Below, in pieces: positions 37,250 through 48,213 of a DNA stretch of 64,000 nucleotides. The stretch is taken from IMG/VR virus record IMGVR_UViG_3300042691_044733, positions 1-64,000 of that record; one strand, given 5' to 3'. The notes beneath the pieces are model-generated. The model was not told the DNA's origin and ran no database searches. It saw only the letters and a list, made by a program, of their open reading frames with translations. The stretch comes from a virus. Numbering within the stretch: the stretch's first letter is position 1; each line of letters starts with the position of its first letter. Position numbers and translations under genes: made by a program.

Positions 37250-37701
37250 AAACAGAACAAATCATTTATCAAGGAAATTTAAAAAACTATCAAATTTTTA
37301 AGAACACCAATCCAATAAGTTATGAAAAAGACATTTTCAACGAAAAACAAAATTTCTTTTATAAAAGAGCCTTGTATGGTTTAAAATCATATGCGCCTGA
37401 AGAATGGGAAAAGATTCCTGGTGTAAAGAAAAAAAGAATTATCAAAGTAAACAAACGTGCACAAGAGATTCTTAATATCTGGAAACAGGAATTAGTGAAT
37501 GAAAAATACAATTCTTTATTGAAATCTGTATTTTTCCATAGTAAATTAATTAATGATTTTATTTCAGAATTTGGAAAAGAAACAGATCCAGAGTATATTT
37601 GTACTGTAAGTTTCAAAGAACTTAATTTGACTAAAAAAGATATAGCTCAAAAATTAGTATCTGAGAAAGTATTACCAGTAAATTTTTTTGAATTAAAGTA
37701 G
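37246..37701 (+). CDS. Hypothetical protein
   Basis: ORF track. Confidence 0.7.
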   Translation: MKTEQIIYQGNLKNYQIFKNTNPISYEKDIFNEKQNFFYKRALYGLKSYAPEEWEKIPGVKKKRIIKVNKRAQEILNIWKQELVNEKYNSLLKSVFFHSKLINDFISEFGKETDPEYICTVSFKELNLTKKDIAQKLVSEKVLPVNFFELK

Positions 37702-37704
37702 AAT

Positions 37705-38028
37705 ATGGGACAGTTCCACAATCTTGATAATGAAGATGTTATCTTTGTTTATTTATCAAACGAAAGATTTCTTGAAGAGTATGAATTACTTTTTGAAGCA
37801 AAATCAGTTGATAAAATCTCTTCTGTGAATAATGATACAGTAATGTTTTCATCAATTACATTTTCAGATGAAGAGATAGAAGAAATAAAAAATAGAGATC
37901 ATTACAAGTATTGTATGTCTGTCAGAAATAAACTTGGTCCCATTGTTGAAATAATTAAAGAAACTCTTCCAGATATTTATGATAAAGTCTATAAAACAAT
38001 GACACAATCTAATGAAGACGTACTGTAA
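37705..38028 (+). CDS. Hypothetical protein
   Basis: ORF track. Confidence 0.65.
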   Translation: MGQFHNLDNEDVIFVYLSNERFLEEYELLFEAKSVDKISSVNNDTVMFSSITFSDEEIEEIKNRDHYKYCMSVRNKLGPIVEIIKETLPDIYDKVYKTMTQSNEDVL

Positions 38029-38368
38029 TTGCGGTTCTTCTAAAATTTGGAAAAATGTTGAAGGAAAAAAATACTGTAAAGTTTGTTGTTCTAAACTTGG
38101 ATTTTTCAAAAAGTTGAAAAAAGTTTCAAGTAAACAAAAAGAAATCAATAAAGAATACAGTGTTAATAGAAGGAACTTCTTAGAAGAGAATCCTTATTGT
38201 CAAGCTAAATTACCTGGTTGCACAATCTATGCAACAGATATTCATCACAAAGAAGGTAGGGGAAATAACACAAATGAAGTAAATACTTTTATGGGTTTAT
38301 GCAGAGCATGCCATGAGTATATTCATTCTAATCCTATTCAAGCAAGAGAATTAGGTTATTTAAAATAA
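38012..38368 (+). CDS. Small Zn-binding HNH nuclease-like protein
   Basis: CQ....GC....TDIHH..GR....LCRACHEYIH. Confidence 0.75.
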   Translation: MKTYCNCGSSKIWKNVEGKKYCKVCCSKLGFFKKLKKVSSKQKEINKEYSVNRRNFLEENPYCQAKLPGCTIYATDIHHKEGRGNNTNEVNTFMGLCRACHEYIHSNPIQARELGYLK

Positions 38369-38369
38369 T

Positions 38370-39449
38370 ATGACAAAAGATGAAATACAGGATGAATGTT
38401 TAAAAACTCTTATTCCTCTAAAAAATGGTACTTCTGTATTAAGTGTTGGTGTTGGTAAAACTAGAATTGCTTTAAGGCACATTGATTATCTTTTTCAAAA
38501 AGGCTTGATAAAAACAGTTTTAGTTGTTATTCCAAAAATATCTACGATTAAAACCTGGAAAGATGAAATTGCTTTAACAAGTTTAAATCATTTAAATGAT
38601 ATTATTACTTACACTACATACAGAAGTTTAAACAAACAAAGTAAAGATTACTCTATTGTATATTTTGATGAAATTCATAATATTTTAAAAACTCACAATG
38701 TTTATCTAAAGGATTATCAAGGTTATGTATTTGGTTTAACTGGTACTTTACCAATTTACAAATCAAATATTAAACGAAAAATGATTGATTATTATGCTCC
38801 TGTTGTGTTTAAATGTACAATAAAAGAAGCTGTTGATAATAAAATCATTAATGATGTAGATATCATTATTCACTACATACCATTATCTGATAAAAAAGAT
38901 GTCAAAATAACTACTGCTAAATCAGAGTTTTTTGTTAGTGAATTGGATAATTACAATTATATCTGCAAACAGATAGAAAATAATCCAGAAAAAGAGTTCT
39001 TGAAAATTATGAGAACTAAAATTTTACAAGAGTATAAATCTAAAGTTGATTTTATCAAAAAATTAAAAACTGAGATAACTGAAAAGTGTTTAATTTTTGT
39101 TAATTCAAAAATTCAAGCACAAGAAGTTTGTTCTCATTCTTATTTTTCTGGAAATGAACTTAGTGATGAAAATTTACTTAAGTTTAAAAAAGGTATAATC
39201 AAACAAATGAGTTGTATTTTGCAACTCAGTGAAGGAATTAACATTCCTGATTTAAGATGTGGAATTATTTCACATTCTTTTGGAAATGAGTTCAAATTAA
39301 ACCAACGTATCGGTAGGTTGTGTAGACTTAATCCAGACCAACTCTCTACAGTTCATATATTATGCTATAAAGGCACTATTGATGAAACATGGGTTGAAGA
39401 ATCTTTAAAAGATTTAAATCACAAAAAAATTAAAAAATTTTATTACTAA
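38370..39449 (+). CDS. Superfamily 2 (DExH) helicase
   Basis: VGVGKT, FDEIH, GLTGT, SEGINIP and QRIGR motifs. Confidence 0.9.
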   Translation: MTKDEIQDECLKTLIPLKNGTSVLSVGVGKTRIALRHIDYLFQKGLIKTVLVVIPKISTIKTWKDEIALTSLNHLNDIITYTTYRSLNKQSKDYSIVYFDEIHNILKTHNVYLKDYQGYVFGLTGTLPIYKSNIKRKMIDYYAPVVFKCTIKEAVDNKIINDVDIIIHYIPLSDKKDVKITTAKSEFFVSELDNYNYICKQIENNPEKEFLKIMRTKILQEYKSKVDFIKKLKTEITEKCLIFVNSKIQAQEVCSHSYFSGNELSDENLLKFKKGIIKQMSCILQLSEGINIPDLRCGIISHSFGNEFKLNQRIGRLCRLNPDQLSTVHILCYKGTIDETWVEESLKDLNHKKIKKFYY

Positions 39450-39456
39450 GAAAATT

Positions 39457-40533
39457 ATGAAAAGTTCATTTGAAAAAGCTACGGAAAGTGAAATGGCAGC
39501 TAAAATGGCAGATACATCACCTGTAATTACTGAGCATGAAATCTCTGTGAGTAATATTGAAGATCTTACGACATACGGAAAAGAATCAATTATCTCTAAA
39601 CTTATCGGAGATGTTGCTGCAAAAGCTGCAAAAGAAGTTGCTTCAAAGGTTGTTGTAAAAACACCATTGGAAACACTTATAGATGATACAAAAGAGGATT
39701 ACATTACTCTAAAAGACAAATTTTTTGTCCAAAAAGCAGATTTTAAATTTCTGTGTGATGCAATTTCTGAAAAAATCAATGTTTTGATTTTTGGTGATAC
39801 TGGTGCTGGTAAAACTGAAATGATCAAATATGTTGGAGATTTTTTAAGTCTTCCTGTTTCTTTCTTTGATATGGGTGCTATGACAGACCCAATTTTGGGT
39901 TTGATTGGAACTCACGTTATCAAAACTGAAGATGGAAAAGCTATAAGTAAATTCTTTCCTTCAAGATTCAGTGAAGTTATTCAACGTCCTGGTATTGTTG
40001 TATTGGATGAGATCAACAGAAATACCCCTATGAGTAATAACCTGTTGTTTCCTTGTTTAGATTTCAGAAGAACTCTGTCAATGGAATATTCTTTTGATAG
40101 CATGGAACCTATTAATATACATCCTGATTGTATATTTGTTGCTACAGCAAATGTAGGTAATTCTTATTCTGGTACTAGCAAAATTGACAGAGCATTGCTT
40201 GACAGGTTTATGTGTATGACTATTGAAAATCTTGATCAGGAAAGAATTACTAAAATTGTCAAAGTAAACTATCCTGACTTGGGTGAAACTACTAGATCTA
40301 TTATTGTAGATGTTTACACTAAAATCAATAAAGCAAATGATGAATTTACAATTGATTTCAGATTGTCACCAAGACATATTCACAACATCTGTAAATTGGT
40401 TTCTAAAGGGAACACAATCTTTGATGCTTACTACATTATAACTAATGGTTTAGGCTCTAAAGCAGGTACAGAATTTATAAAAACAATTACAGGTTTGACA
40501 AAATCAAAATCATTGATTTCAAAAGAAGCTTAA
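39457..40533 (+). CDS. CobS/CbbQ-like AAA+ ATPase
   Basis: GDTGAGKT, LDEINR, ATAN and ALLDRF motifs. Confidence 0.9.
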   Translation: MKSSFEKATESEMAAKMADTSPVITEHEISVSNIEDLTTYGKESIISKLIGDVAAKAAKEVASKVVVKTPLETLIDDTKEDYITLKDKFFVQKADFKFLCDAISEKINVLIFGDTGAGKTEMIKYVGDFLSLPVSFFDMGAMTDPILGLIGTHVIKTEDGKAISKFFPSRFSEVIQRPGIVVLDEINRNTPMSNNLLFPCLDFRRTLSMEYSFDSMEPINIHPDCIFVATANVGNSYSGTSKIDRALLDRFMCMTIENLDQERITKIVKVNYPDLGETTRSIIVDVYTKINKANDEFTIDFRLSPRHIHNICKLVSKGNTIFDAYYIITNGLGSKAGTEFIKTITGLTKSKSLISKEA

Positions 40534-40544
40534 AAAATTAAATA

Positions 40545-41843
40545 ATGAAAGTATTAAAAAGATTTAGCTCAACAGATTGGGAAAATTCTTTTTACGGCGG
40601 ATATCACAGGATGGTGAATAACTATCCTGTGATAAAAGGCTGTGATGAATTTCGTGGTCAGTTTTCTACTGATTATGGTACAAAAGTACTTTATGATCTG
40701 ACTTATTATGAAAGAGAGAAGCTTATTAAAATATTCTTAAATGAAATTAAAAAACATAATCTTTTAAATTCTTTAGTTTTTGGTTTAGATTTTAAAGATT
40801 TAGGTGTTGATAAAAGAGAATATATTTTTTCCAAAGGTTCGATCAAAAATTGCTTGTCTACTTTGATAAGTAAATCAGGAGAATTAAAAAGTTTATTTGT
40901 CTATTTTGCAGAAAGTTTATCTAATATGAGACTTTCTATAATTTTAAACAAAGATCAAAGTATATATGAAGCTTTGATTGGTATAGAAGAAGTAAAACCA
41001 TTTTGGCAAAACATAAGTATTACAAGTTTTAATAAAGATGGTAAAAGAAGTCTTATAACAAAAGTTATTGAAAAAAGTACTAACAAAGCAATATTTACAA
41101 AAAAAGAAATTGAATATGCTAACACATTCAAAAAACTTTTAGATGTAAATTTTGATAAAGGAATAATAAAAAATACTAATCTCTTGACTGGTAAATTGGA
41201 TGTAAGAAAACTTGCAGAATCTCAGTCAGGTTACATGCCAATTTATTATTCTTTAGAAGAATTTGAAAGAATGAAACCTTTTAGAGTAGCTCTTCTTATT
41301 GATGAAAGTGGTTCAATGGATTACACTTACAAAGCTCCAACTGCACAAACTCTTGCCAATGTTTTGTATTTAACTTTTAAAGATCTTTTACCTGCTCAGA
41401 ATTTATCAATTTTTGGACATAGTGGTGAAAATGATCCAGAGTTAAGAATTTATAAAGGATTTGAAGAAGATTTTGAATGTTATGAAGAAAGATCTGCTAG
41501 AATGTTTGTTAATAGATGTCAGAACTATGATGGTCCAATCGTAGAAAGAATTTATGAAAAATATTTAAAAGGATCTGATACAAACAATCTTTTCATAGTT
41601 ATTTCAGATGGTCAACCTGCTGGTTATCTTTATGGAAGTCAAAGTGATTATGTAGATTTGAAAAAGATTATTGAAAAGATTAGAAGAGAAAATATTGTTA
41701 CATTGGGAATCGGAATCAATTATTATAATATGGATTTTTATAAGTATTCTACAACAATGAGGGTTCCTCAGCAAACTATTGAATCTTGTATTGAAAAATT
41801 TGCAAAAACTATAAATAATGTTGTGAAACAGGAATTTTCTTAG
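40545..41843 (+). CDS. CobT/NorD-like vWA protein
   Basis: GKLD, LLIDESGSM, NYDG and VISDGQP motifs. Confidence 0.85.
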   Translation: MKVLKRFSSTDWENSFYGGYHRMVNNYPVIKGCDEFRGQFSTDYGTKVLYDLTYYEREKLIKIFLNEIKKHNLLNSLVFGLDFKDLGVDKREYIFSKGSIKNCLSTLISKSGELKSLFVYFAESLSNMRLSIILNKDQSIYEALIGIEEVKPFWQNISITSFNKDGKRSLITKVIEKSTNKAIFTKKEIEYANTFKKLLDVNFDKGIIKNTNLLTGKLDVRKLAESQSGYMPIYYSLEEFERMKPFRVALLIDESGSMDYTYKAPTAQTLANVLYLTFKDLLPAQNLSIFGHSGENDPELRIYKGFEEDFECYEERSARMFVNRCQNYDGPIVERIYEKYLKGSDTNNLFIVISDGQPAGYLYGSQSDYVDLKKIIEKIRRENIVTLGIGINYYNMDFYKYSTTMRVPQQTIESCIEKFAKTINNVVKQEFS

Positions 41844-41872
41844 TACATTTGCTTAAACAAAATAAATAAAAT

Positions 41873-42295
41873 ATGAACATTACATTTATTACAATGGGTG
41901 CTCTAGCAATTGTTTCTCTTATGCTAGCAGTTTCCCGTAGAAAAGCAATTAAGAAACTTGAGATTGCTGAAAGAGAATATCAAAATGCTGTAAGAGAAAA
42001 GAACACTTTTATGTCAGAGTCTTCAAAAAGACTTAAGGAAATTGAAATTCTAAAAGCTTCTAATATTAAACTTTCCACAGATTTGGAAACAACTGCAAAA
42101 GTTAGTATTGAAAGAGCTAATGAAATTGACAAATTTAAAAAAAGTGTAAATGATTTTGAAAATCGTTTGAAAACTTCTGAAGGTAAACTGCATGAGTGCA
42201 GAAAAACTTTGGAAGGATTTAAAAGTTTTAAATCTTCTCCTTCTCCAAAGAAAAAAGCTGCTGGTAAAGCAGAAAATAAAAATGAAAAAAAATAA
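41873..42295 (+). CDS. Membrane-anchored coiled-coil protein
   Basis: N-terminal TM segment followed by heptads. Confidence 0.65.
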   Translation: MNITFITMGALAIVSLMLAVSRRKAIKKLEIAEREYQNAVREKNTFMSESSKRLKEIEILKASNIKLSTDLETTAKVSIERANEIDKFKKSVNDFENRLKTSEGKLHECRKTLEGFKSFKSSPSPKKKAAGKAENKNEKK

Positions 42296-42670
42296 ATGAA
42301 TCTCATTCCTGTAACAGTCAATTTCATCAAAAGTGGAAAAAAACTGTCTTTTAAAACAGATGATGATAAACTCATTTATGATACATTTGTGCAAAAGCTA
42401 CCTGAAAATGAAAATGTTTCTATGACTTTAGAAACACAATCAGATTCAGGTAGTTATGCACAATTATCTAAGATTCACAAATGCATAAGGGAATTAGCAG
42501 TTTTTACAGGATCTACATTTGAAGAAATGAAAGATATTGTAAAAATGCATTCTGGTCTTGTATTTTCAGATACAGTTATTTCTTTTTCTTCTTGCTCTAA
42601 AGAAGAGCTGGATTTAGTTATTAAATCAATATATGAAATTGGAGAAAAAGTTAGTTTTCCTCTTCCTTAA
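42296..42670 (+). CDS. Hypothetical protein
   Basis: ORF track. Confidence 0.7.
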   Translation: MNLIPVTVNFIKSGKKLSFKTDDDKLIYDTFVQKLPENENVSMTLETQSDSGSYAQLSKIHKCIRELAVFTGSTFEEMKDIVKMHSGLVFSDTVISFSSCSKEELDLVIKSIYEIGEKVSFPLP

Positions 42671-42953
42671 AAGAGATTTCAATTTCTTCAATTTTAATTA
42701 ATTTTTGCTCTCTTGCGCATTCTTCAATATGTTGATGAAGTGCTAAAAGAGTTTCAAGATGATAAGCTTTTATATTTTCATTAGTTCTACCTGATTTGAA
42801 TAACTCAATCATATTTTTGAGTTCTTCTTCATTTTCAAATAGAAAATTACTGAATATAAGCTGTGTTAATCTTGCATAGATATTTCCTGTAACGGAAATG
42901 TTTATAGTAGCATCAAAGGGAACTACTTCAATTGTTTCTTTTTTTGGTGTCAT
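42651..42953 (-). CDS. Hypothetical protein
   Basis: ORF track; fills the gap between + strand genes. Confidence 0.6.
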   Translation of the reverse strand: MTPKKETIEVVPFDATINISVTGNIYARLTQLIFSNFLFENEEELKNMIELFKSGRTNENIKAYHLETLLALHQHIEECAREQKLIKIEEIEISFKEEEN

Positions 42954-42974
42954 AAAATTATTTTTTACAAAAGT

Positions 42975-43679
42975 ATGATAAAAGAAATAAATTTACAAGA
43001 AATAAGAAATAAAATAGTTGAAAAGATTAAACTCACTGATTGGTACCCCGCTATAGGAATGTATTTACATAGTGAGGAATTTTTAAAATTATTGAATTTT
43101 TTATTAATTGAATCACAAGAAGGTCGTAGATTTGTACCTGAATTAAAGTATGTATTTAATGCATTTGAACAATGTAGTTTGAAAGATTTATCTGTAGTTT
43201 TTGTAGGGTATGATCCTTATCCTCAAATATTAGTTCCAGATGGTTTATGTTTTTCATGCAGTAGGCAGCCAAGAGTTGAAAAGTCTTTAGATTTTATGTT
43301 TAAAGAACTTATTCTTCAGTACCCAAATGCTTCCTTAAACCCAGATTTAAAACATTGGGCAAATCAAGGAATATTGTTGTTCAACAGTTCATTAACAACA
43401 AGACCTGGAAAACCAGGTGCACATTCTCTTATATGGAAAGAATTTACAATATTGATTTTGGATTACCTTGCTTGGAATAAACCAGATTTATTATATGTAT
43501 TTTTTGGTAAAAATGCTCAGGAATTTGCAAAACTTGTTCCTGACAGTAATTACAAAAAATTATTAATACATCCAGCTGCTGCTGCACACAATCATTCTGA
43601 AAGATGGGATTCTCAAAACTTATTTGTTGAAATAAATGAAATGCTTTTAAGATTAAATAAAAAACCTATTAATTGGTAA
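42975..43679 (+). CDS. ung: Uracil-DNA glycosylase (family 1-like)
   Basis: VFNAF, GYDPY, GLCFS, WANQGILLFN and HP motifs. Confidence 0.85.
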   Translation: MIKEINLQEIRNKIVEKIKLTDWYPAIGMYLHSEEFLKLLNFLLIESQEGRRFVPELKYVFNAFEQCSLKDLSVVFVGYDPYPQILVPDGLCFSCSRQPRVEKSLDFMFKELILQYPNASLNPDLKHWANQGILLFNSSLTTRPGKPGAHSLIWKEFTILILDYLAWNKPDLLYVFFGKNAQEFAKLVPDSNYKKLLIHPAAAAHNHSERWDSQNLFVEINEMLLRLNKKPINW

Positions 43680-44245
43680 TGAACATTCATGAAACAGTTA
43701 AGAAATACAAGCTAACACCTAACCAATTATATTTGTTATGGTGCATAGGTACTAAGAAACAACCCAGTACTATTGATACAAATACAGAGTTTAGAAAATT
43801 AAAAGCTCTGGGCATTGTTGACGATAAACTAACTATATCAGATCAAGGTTTGATTATTTTAGATTCTTTGTCTGAAAAGACAGATAAATCTGAAAATGTT
43901 ACAATATTCTCAGATAATGTCAAACAATACATAAAATTGTTCCCTCCTGGAAAATTACCAAGTGGAAAACCATCAAGAATAAATGAAAAAACAATTACAA
44001 CATGTTTTAAATGGTTTTTTGCAAATTATAATTATTCATGGGATACAATTTTTAAAGCAACAAAACATTATGTTTCAACATTTGAAGATACAGATTACAA
44101 ATACATGCGTAATAGTCAATACTTCATTGTAAAAAGCATAAATAATTCAATGAAAGATTCTGAGTTAGCAGATTATTGTGATATGATTTTATCAAAATCA
44201 TTACAAGAAAATGATAATCAAGGATTTAAAGACAATGTTGTATGA
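43673..44245 (+). CDS. Hypothetical replication-module protein (wHTH-like N-terminus)
   Basis: Lies directly upstream of the DnaB-like gene. Confidence 0.65.
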   Translation: MVMNIHETVKKYKLTPNQLYLLWCIGTKKQPSTIDTNTEFRKLKALGIVDDKLTISDQGLIILDSLSEKTDKSENVTIFSDNVKQYIKLFPPGKLPSGKPSRINEKTITTCFKWFFANYNYSWDTIFKATKHYVSTFEDTDYKYMRNSQYFIVKSINNSMKDSELADYCDMILSKSLQENDNQGFKDNVV

Positions 44246-45216
44246 AAAAATGGAAATCTAAAGAAGAGGGTTTTAAAGAATCAATTCTTTATATGAGGGG
44301 TAGAAAATCTGGAGAAATTAAAAGCTTCAGAACTCCTTGGCATAAAGTAAATGATGCTGGTACAGATGGATTTGAATTTCATACTATTGTTGTTGTTGGA
44401 GGTAGACCAGGTAGTGGCAAAACACTAATGATTGATCAAATAATTAGAGAAGGAATAGAAATCAATAAAGATGTTCCTTTTAGAGCATTACAATTTCAGT
44501 TTGAGATGACTAATAGAGCAAGTGCTTTACGTGAGTATAGTAGTGCTATTGGAAGATCTTACAAGTATTTATGTAGTGCAGATGGAGTTTTAAGTGAAGA
44601 GGATTTAAACAGATGTATAGCTTATGCGGAAAAAGCAAAAGATTACCCAATTGATGTGATAGATGAACCTTATACAGTTTTAGAAATAGAAAACATTATA
44701 AAGGATTACATGAAAGCACATGCTATAATGCAAGATGGTAAATTTGTTAGATATACAAATACAGTTATCACTTTAGATCACTCTGTACTTGTGAAAAAAG
44801 CACCTTATGAAAAAGATGACACGGAAATGTTATATAATTTAGGTGCCGCGTTGACAAGACTTAAGAAAAAATATCCTATTTGTTTTATTATTCTTACTCA
44901 ATTAAACAGATCAATAGAAAACCCAGAAAGATGTGAAAATGGCAAATACAGTAATCATGTTACCACTGCGGATGTGTTTGGGGCCGACAGTTTATTAATG
45001 CATTGTGATATGTTAATTGCTTTGGATAGACCTGCATTAAGAAAAATAAAATTCTATGGTCCAGATAAATACATTATTGATGATGAAGGTATAATTGTCT
45101 TTCATTTTCTTAAATGTAGAAATGGTGATCCAAGAATGAGCTTCTTTAAAGCAAATTTTAAAGCGATGAGGATTGAAGATGCAAGAACACCAGATAAAAA
45201 ACCAGCATCTTTTTAA
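44242..45216 (+). CDS. DnaB-like replicative helicase
   Basis: GGRPGSGKT, FEM, LDH, LTQLNR and KCRNG motifs. Confidence 0.9.
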   Translation: MKKWKSKEEGFKESILYMRGRKSGEIKSFRTPWHKVNDAGTDGFEFHTIVVVGGRPGSGKTLMIDQIIREGIEINKDVPFRALQFQFEMTNRASALREYSSAIGRSYKYLCSADGVLSEEDLNRCIAYAEKAKDYPIDVIDEPYTVLEIENIIKDYMKAHAIMQDGKFVRYTNTVITLDHSVLVKKAPYEKDDTEMLYNLGAALTRLKKKYPICFIILTQLNRSIENPERCENGKYSNHVTTADVFGADSLLMHCDMLIALDRPALRKIKFYGPDKYIIDDEGIIVFHFLKCRNGDPRMSFFKANFKAMRIEDARTPDKKPASF

Positions 45217-45228
45217 AAAAATACTAAA

Positions 45229-45750
45229 ATGGTAAAAGTAGAAATAAGTACTTCGTCAAAAATAGCTAAGTTAAGGGAGTACCATGAAAAAACATTAGAA
45301 TCTGTTGGTGCTAAAGATGCATATTTTTATCCAAAAATGGCATACAAACCAAGAGGTAAAGAAGATTTAGTCATAGGTATGTTTCCCAGTGAATTAAAAA
45401 AAGAAACAGATATTTACACTGAATTTGTCAGTAAAGAATATGAACCTGAAGATCCAGATAGAAGTTTATACAAATGGAGCTATAACCCATATTGGGAATC
45501 GGAATATGAAAAAACTGAAATAAATACTAGTGGTCAATTCAGGTATTTAATTCCTATCGCAGAATTAGAAAAAATAGAAAGACCAGTTTCTGAATTAGAA
45601 ATTGACAAAAAGTCAGGTAAAATTGTCATTAAAAAAAGTTTGGAAAAACTTTTGATTAAAGACTTAAATGTATTAGATTTACTTACCATTCTTTACAAGA
45701 AACCACTGAGTTCTAATTCTGATTTAAATGATCTTATAACAAAAATATGA
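45229..45750 (+). CDS. Hypothetical protein
   Basis: ORF track. Confidence 0.7.
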   Translation: MVKVEISTSSKIAKLREYHEKTLESVGAKDAYFYPKMAYKPRGKEDLVIGMFPSELKKETDIYTEFVSKEYEPEDPDRSLYKWSYNPYWESEYEKTEINTSGQFRYLIPIAELEKIERPVSELEIDKKSGKIVIKKSLEKLLIKDLNVLDLLTILYKKPLSSNSDLNDLITKI

Positions 45751-46502
45751 TAATTGACGATTTTGTATTACCTACAACGAAAGTTAAACCTTTAACAAGT
45801 AGTCCTGAAAATTTAATTCTTTTTTCTAAACCTAAGTGTGGAAAAACAAGTCTGATTTCAAAATTAGATGATTGTTTAATTCTTGACACTGAGAAAGGTT
45901 CAAGATATTTAGAAGCTTTAAAAGTAGAGATTGACAGTGTTGAAGATTTAATGAAAGTTGGAAAAGCAATTAAAAGTGCGGGTTTTCCGTACAAATATGT
46001 TGCTGTAGATACAGTTACTGCATTAGAAGATATTTTAATTCCTTATGCAGAAAGATTGTATTCAAATAAACCACAAGGTGCAAAATGGTTTGAACCTGGT
46101 GGAGGAAAAGAAAAATATGGTAGTATTTTACATCTACCAAATGGAGCAGGATATATGTTCATAAGAGAAGCTTATGACAAGATTATTGAGTATATCAAAA
46201 AACTTGCTCCAAGAACAATACTTATAGGTCACGTTAAAGATACTATTCTAGAAAAGAATGGTGCTGAATTTAACAGTTTAGACCTGGATCTTACAGGTAA
46301 AATCAAACGTATAGCATGTTCAAGAGCAGATGCTATTGGATATATTTACCGTAAAGGAGATAAAAATTATATTAGTTTTAAAACTAGTGATGAAGTTTCA
46401 TGCGGAGCACGTAATGAACACTTAAAAAACCAAGAATTCGTAATTTCTGAGTATGTTGATGGAGTTTACACAACATACTGGGATAAAATATATATTGATT
46501 AA
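45747..46502 (+). CDS. AAA_24/Sak4-like ATPase (single-strand annealing)
   Basis: SKPKCGKT, LDTEKG, VDTVT and IGH motifs. Confidence 0.8.
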   Translation: MIIDDFVLPTTKVKPLTSSPENLILFSKPKCGKTSLISKLDDCLILDTEKGSRYLEALKVEIDSVEDLMKVGKAIKSAGFPYKYVAVDTVTALEDILIPYAERLYSNKPQGAKWFEPGGGKEKYGSILHLPNGAGYMFIREAYDKIIEYIKKLAPRTILIGHVKDTILEKNGAEFNSLDLDLTGKIKRIACSRADAIGYIYRKGDKNYISFKTSDEVSCGARNEHLKNQEFVISEYVDGVYTTYWDKIYID

Positions 46503-46513
46503 AAAATAAAAAG

Positions 46514-47188
46514 ATGATAAGTACAACATCAATTCCTACTTCAGGTAGTAGCATTTCAAAAGTAATTGAACCAGGAAATGTTACATGTAAAATCACAAAA
46601 GTGACTTTGGATCCAGTTCCTTATAAAGCAGGAGCCTTAAATATTAATCTTCATGTTGAAACTGAACCTATTGGTGGAGATTTTGAAGGTTTTTTGATTG
46701 ATAAAGATACTCCTGATTTAGGAAGATATCAAGGTCAAATTGGTAGAATTAGAATGGCAGAGTATCCTTTTGCTGATGGTTTAACAAAAACCAACATTGA
46801 AATTAAAAGAGATACTGAAATGCTCAAACGTTTAGATCTTCTTTGCAAAGAGTTGAATTGTTCAGACTGGTTGCAAGCACAGGATAACAAACATGAAACC
46901 ATTGAATCATTGTTTGAACAATTTAATATTGATAAACCATATGCAGATAAATATCTGTACATGTGTGTAGGTGGTAAAGAATATTTAAACAAAGAAGGTT
47001 ATGTTAACTACGATTTGTTTTTACCTAAAGCTGTAAAAGGCAAGTATGCTTTCAAAAATGTTGATGATAAAACTCATGTAATGGAATTTGAAAAAGTAGA
47101 ACATATTAAAAGAATTCCTTCAAAAGTAACTGTTGCGGAGTTTGGTACTCCTGTAACAAAAGCAACACATGATGACTTAGATATCTAA
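46514..47188 (+). CDS. Putative ssDNA-binding protein
   Basis: Located between the Sak4-like and primase genes; acidic C-terminus DDLDI. Confidence 0.5.
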   Translation: MISTTSIPTSGSSISKVIEPGNVTCKITKVTLDPVPYKAGALNINLHVETEPIGGDFEGFLIDKDTPDLGRYQGQIGRIRMAEYPFADGLTKTNIEIKRDTEMLKRLDLLCKELNCSDWLQAQDNKHETIESLFEQFNIDKPYADKYLYMCVGGKEYLNKEGYVNYDLFLPKAVKGKYAFKNVDDKTHVMEFEKVEHIKRIPSKVTVAEFGTPVTKATHDDLDI

Positions 47189-47206
47189 GTCACTAATAAA
47201 TAAATT

Positions 47207-47240
47207 ATAATAAGGGGAGTAAAATCCCCTTATTATTTTT
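47207..47240 (+). terminator. Rho-independent terminator
   Basis: ATAATAAGGGGA/TCCCCTTATTAT followed by Ts. Confidence 0.7.
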
Positions 47241-47253
47241 ATATAACTTCAAT

Positions 47254-48213
47254 ATGTTAAGCACAAAGAATATTATACATTCAATAATTGATGTTCCTAC
47301 ATCATGGGTTTTTGAAAAATATTGTAGTTTAAACGAAAAATTAACAGGTCAAACTTGTAAAATTAAATCTATTTTTAATCCTAAAGATAGAACTCCTTCT
47401 ATGTATATATTTCCTAGTGGAAATTTATATGTATTTAAAGATTTTTCAACTGGTTTAGGTGGGGATTGTATAGATCTTGTAGCTAATGTATTAGCTGTTC
47501 CAAGAGCAAAAGCAATATCAGTAATTATTGAAGAATATAATAATTATTGTAAACTTAATGAAGTAGAACCAAGAAAATTTACAATACAAAGTAATTTAAG
47601 ATACAATTTTGAAGATTGTAAAACTAGAGAATGGAATTCTTTAGATGCTAAGTATTGGAATCAGTATAATATTTCTTCAGAATTATTAGGAGAATATGGT
47701 ATTAAACCATTAGAATCTTTTACTTTTTCATATTACAGTGAAAAAGGTGTAGAATTTTTAACAAGTTCTAAAAATTATACATATGGTTTTTTTGATATTG
47801 ACAATAGAATATATAAAATATATCAACCATATGGATCAAAGAAATATTTAAAACTAAAAGATTATTTACAAGGTTCTGATCAGTTACCAGTAAATGGAAA
47901 AAATCTTTTTATTTGTTCAGGTATGAAGGATGGATTAGCTTTAAAAACATTGTTTAGTAAAGTTAATTTCATAGCACCTGATTCAGAACAAACAATAATA
48001 AACGAAAAAATAATAACAGATTTAAAACTAAGGTTTTCTAACATATTTGTATTGTTTGATACAGATGAAGCAGGTGTTTCAGGTATGAAAAAATATAATG
48101 AAAAGTATGGATTAAAAACTATACTTTTACCGAAACACAAAGATCTTGCGGATTTTGTAAAATACGAAGGTATTAAGGAATCCAAAAAGGTTATAAATCA
48201 GTTAATTAAATGA
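47254..48213 (+). CDS. DNA primase (TOPRIM)
   Basis: DRTPSM, FKDFSTG.GGD, SGMKD, FDTDEAG and KDLAD motifs. Confidence 0.85.
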   Translation: MLSTKNIIHSIIDVPTSWVFEKYCSLNEKLTGQTCKIKSIFNPKDRTPSMYIFPSGNLYVFKDFSTGLGGDCIDLVANVLAVPRAKAISVIIEEYNNYCKLNEVEPRKFTIQSNLRYNFEDCKTREWNSLDAKYWNQYNISSELLGEYGIKPLESFTFSYYSEKGVEFLTSSKNYTYGFFDIDNRIYKIYQPYGSKKYLKLKDYLQGSDQLPVNGKNLFICSGMKDGLALKTLFSKVNFIAPDSEQTIINEKIITDLKLRFSNIFVLFDTDEAGVSGMKKYNEKYGLKTILLPKHKDLADFVKYEGIKESKKVINQLIK

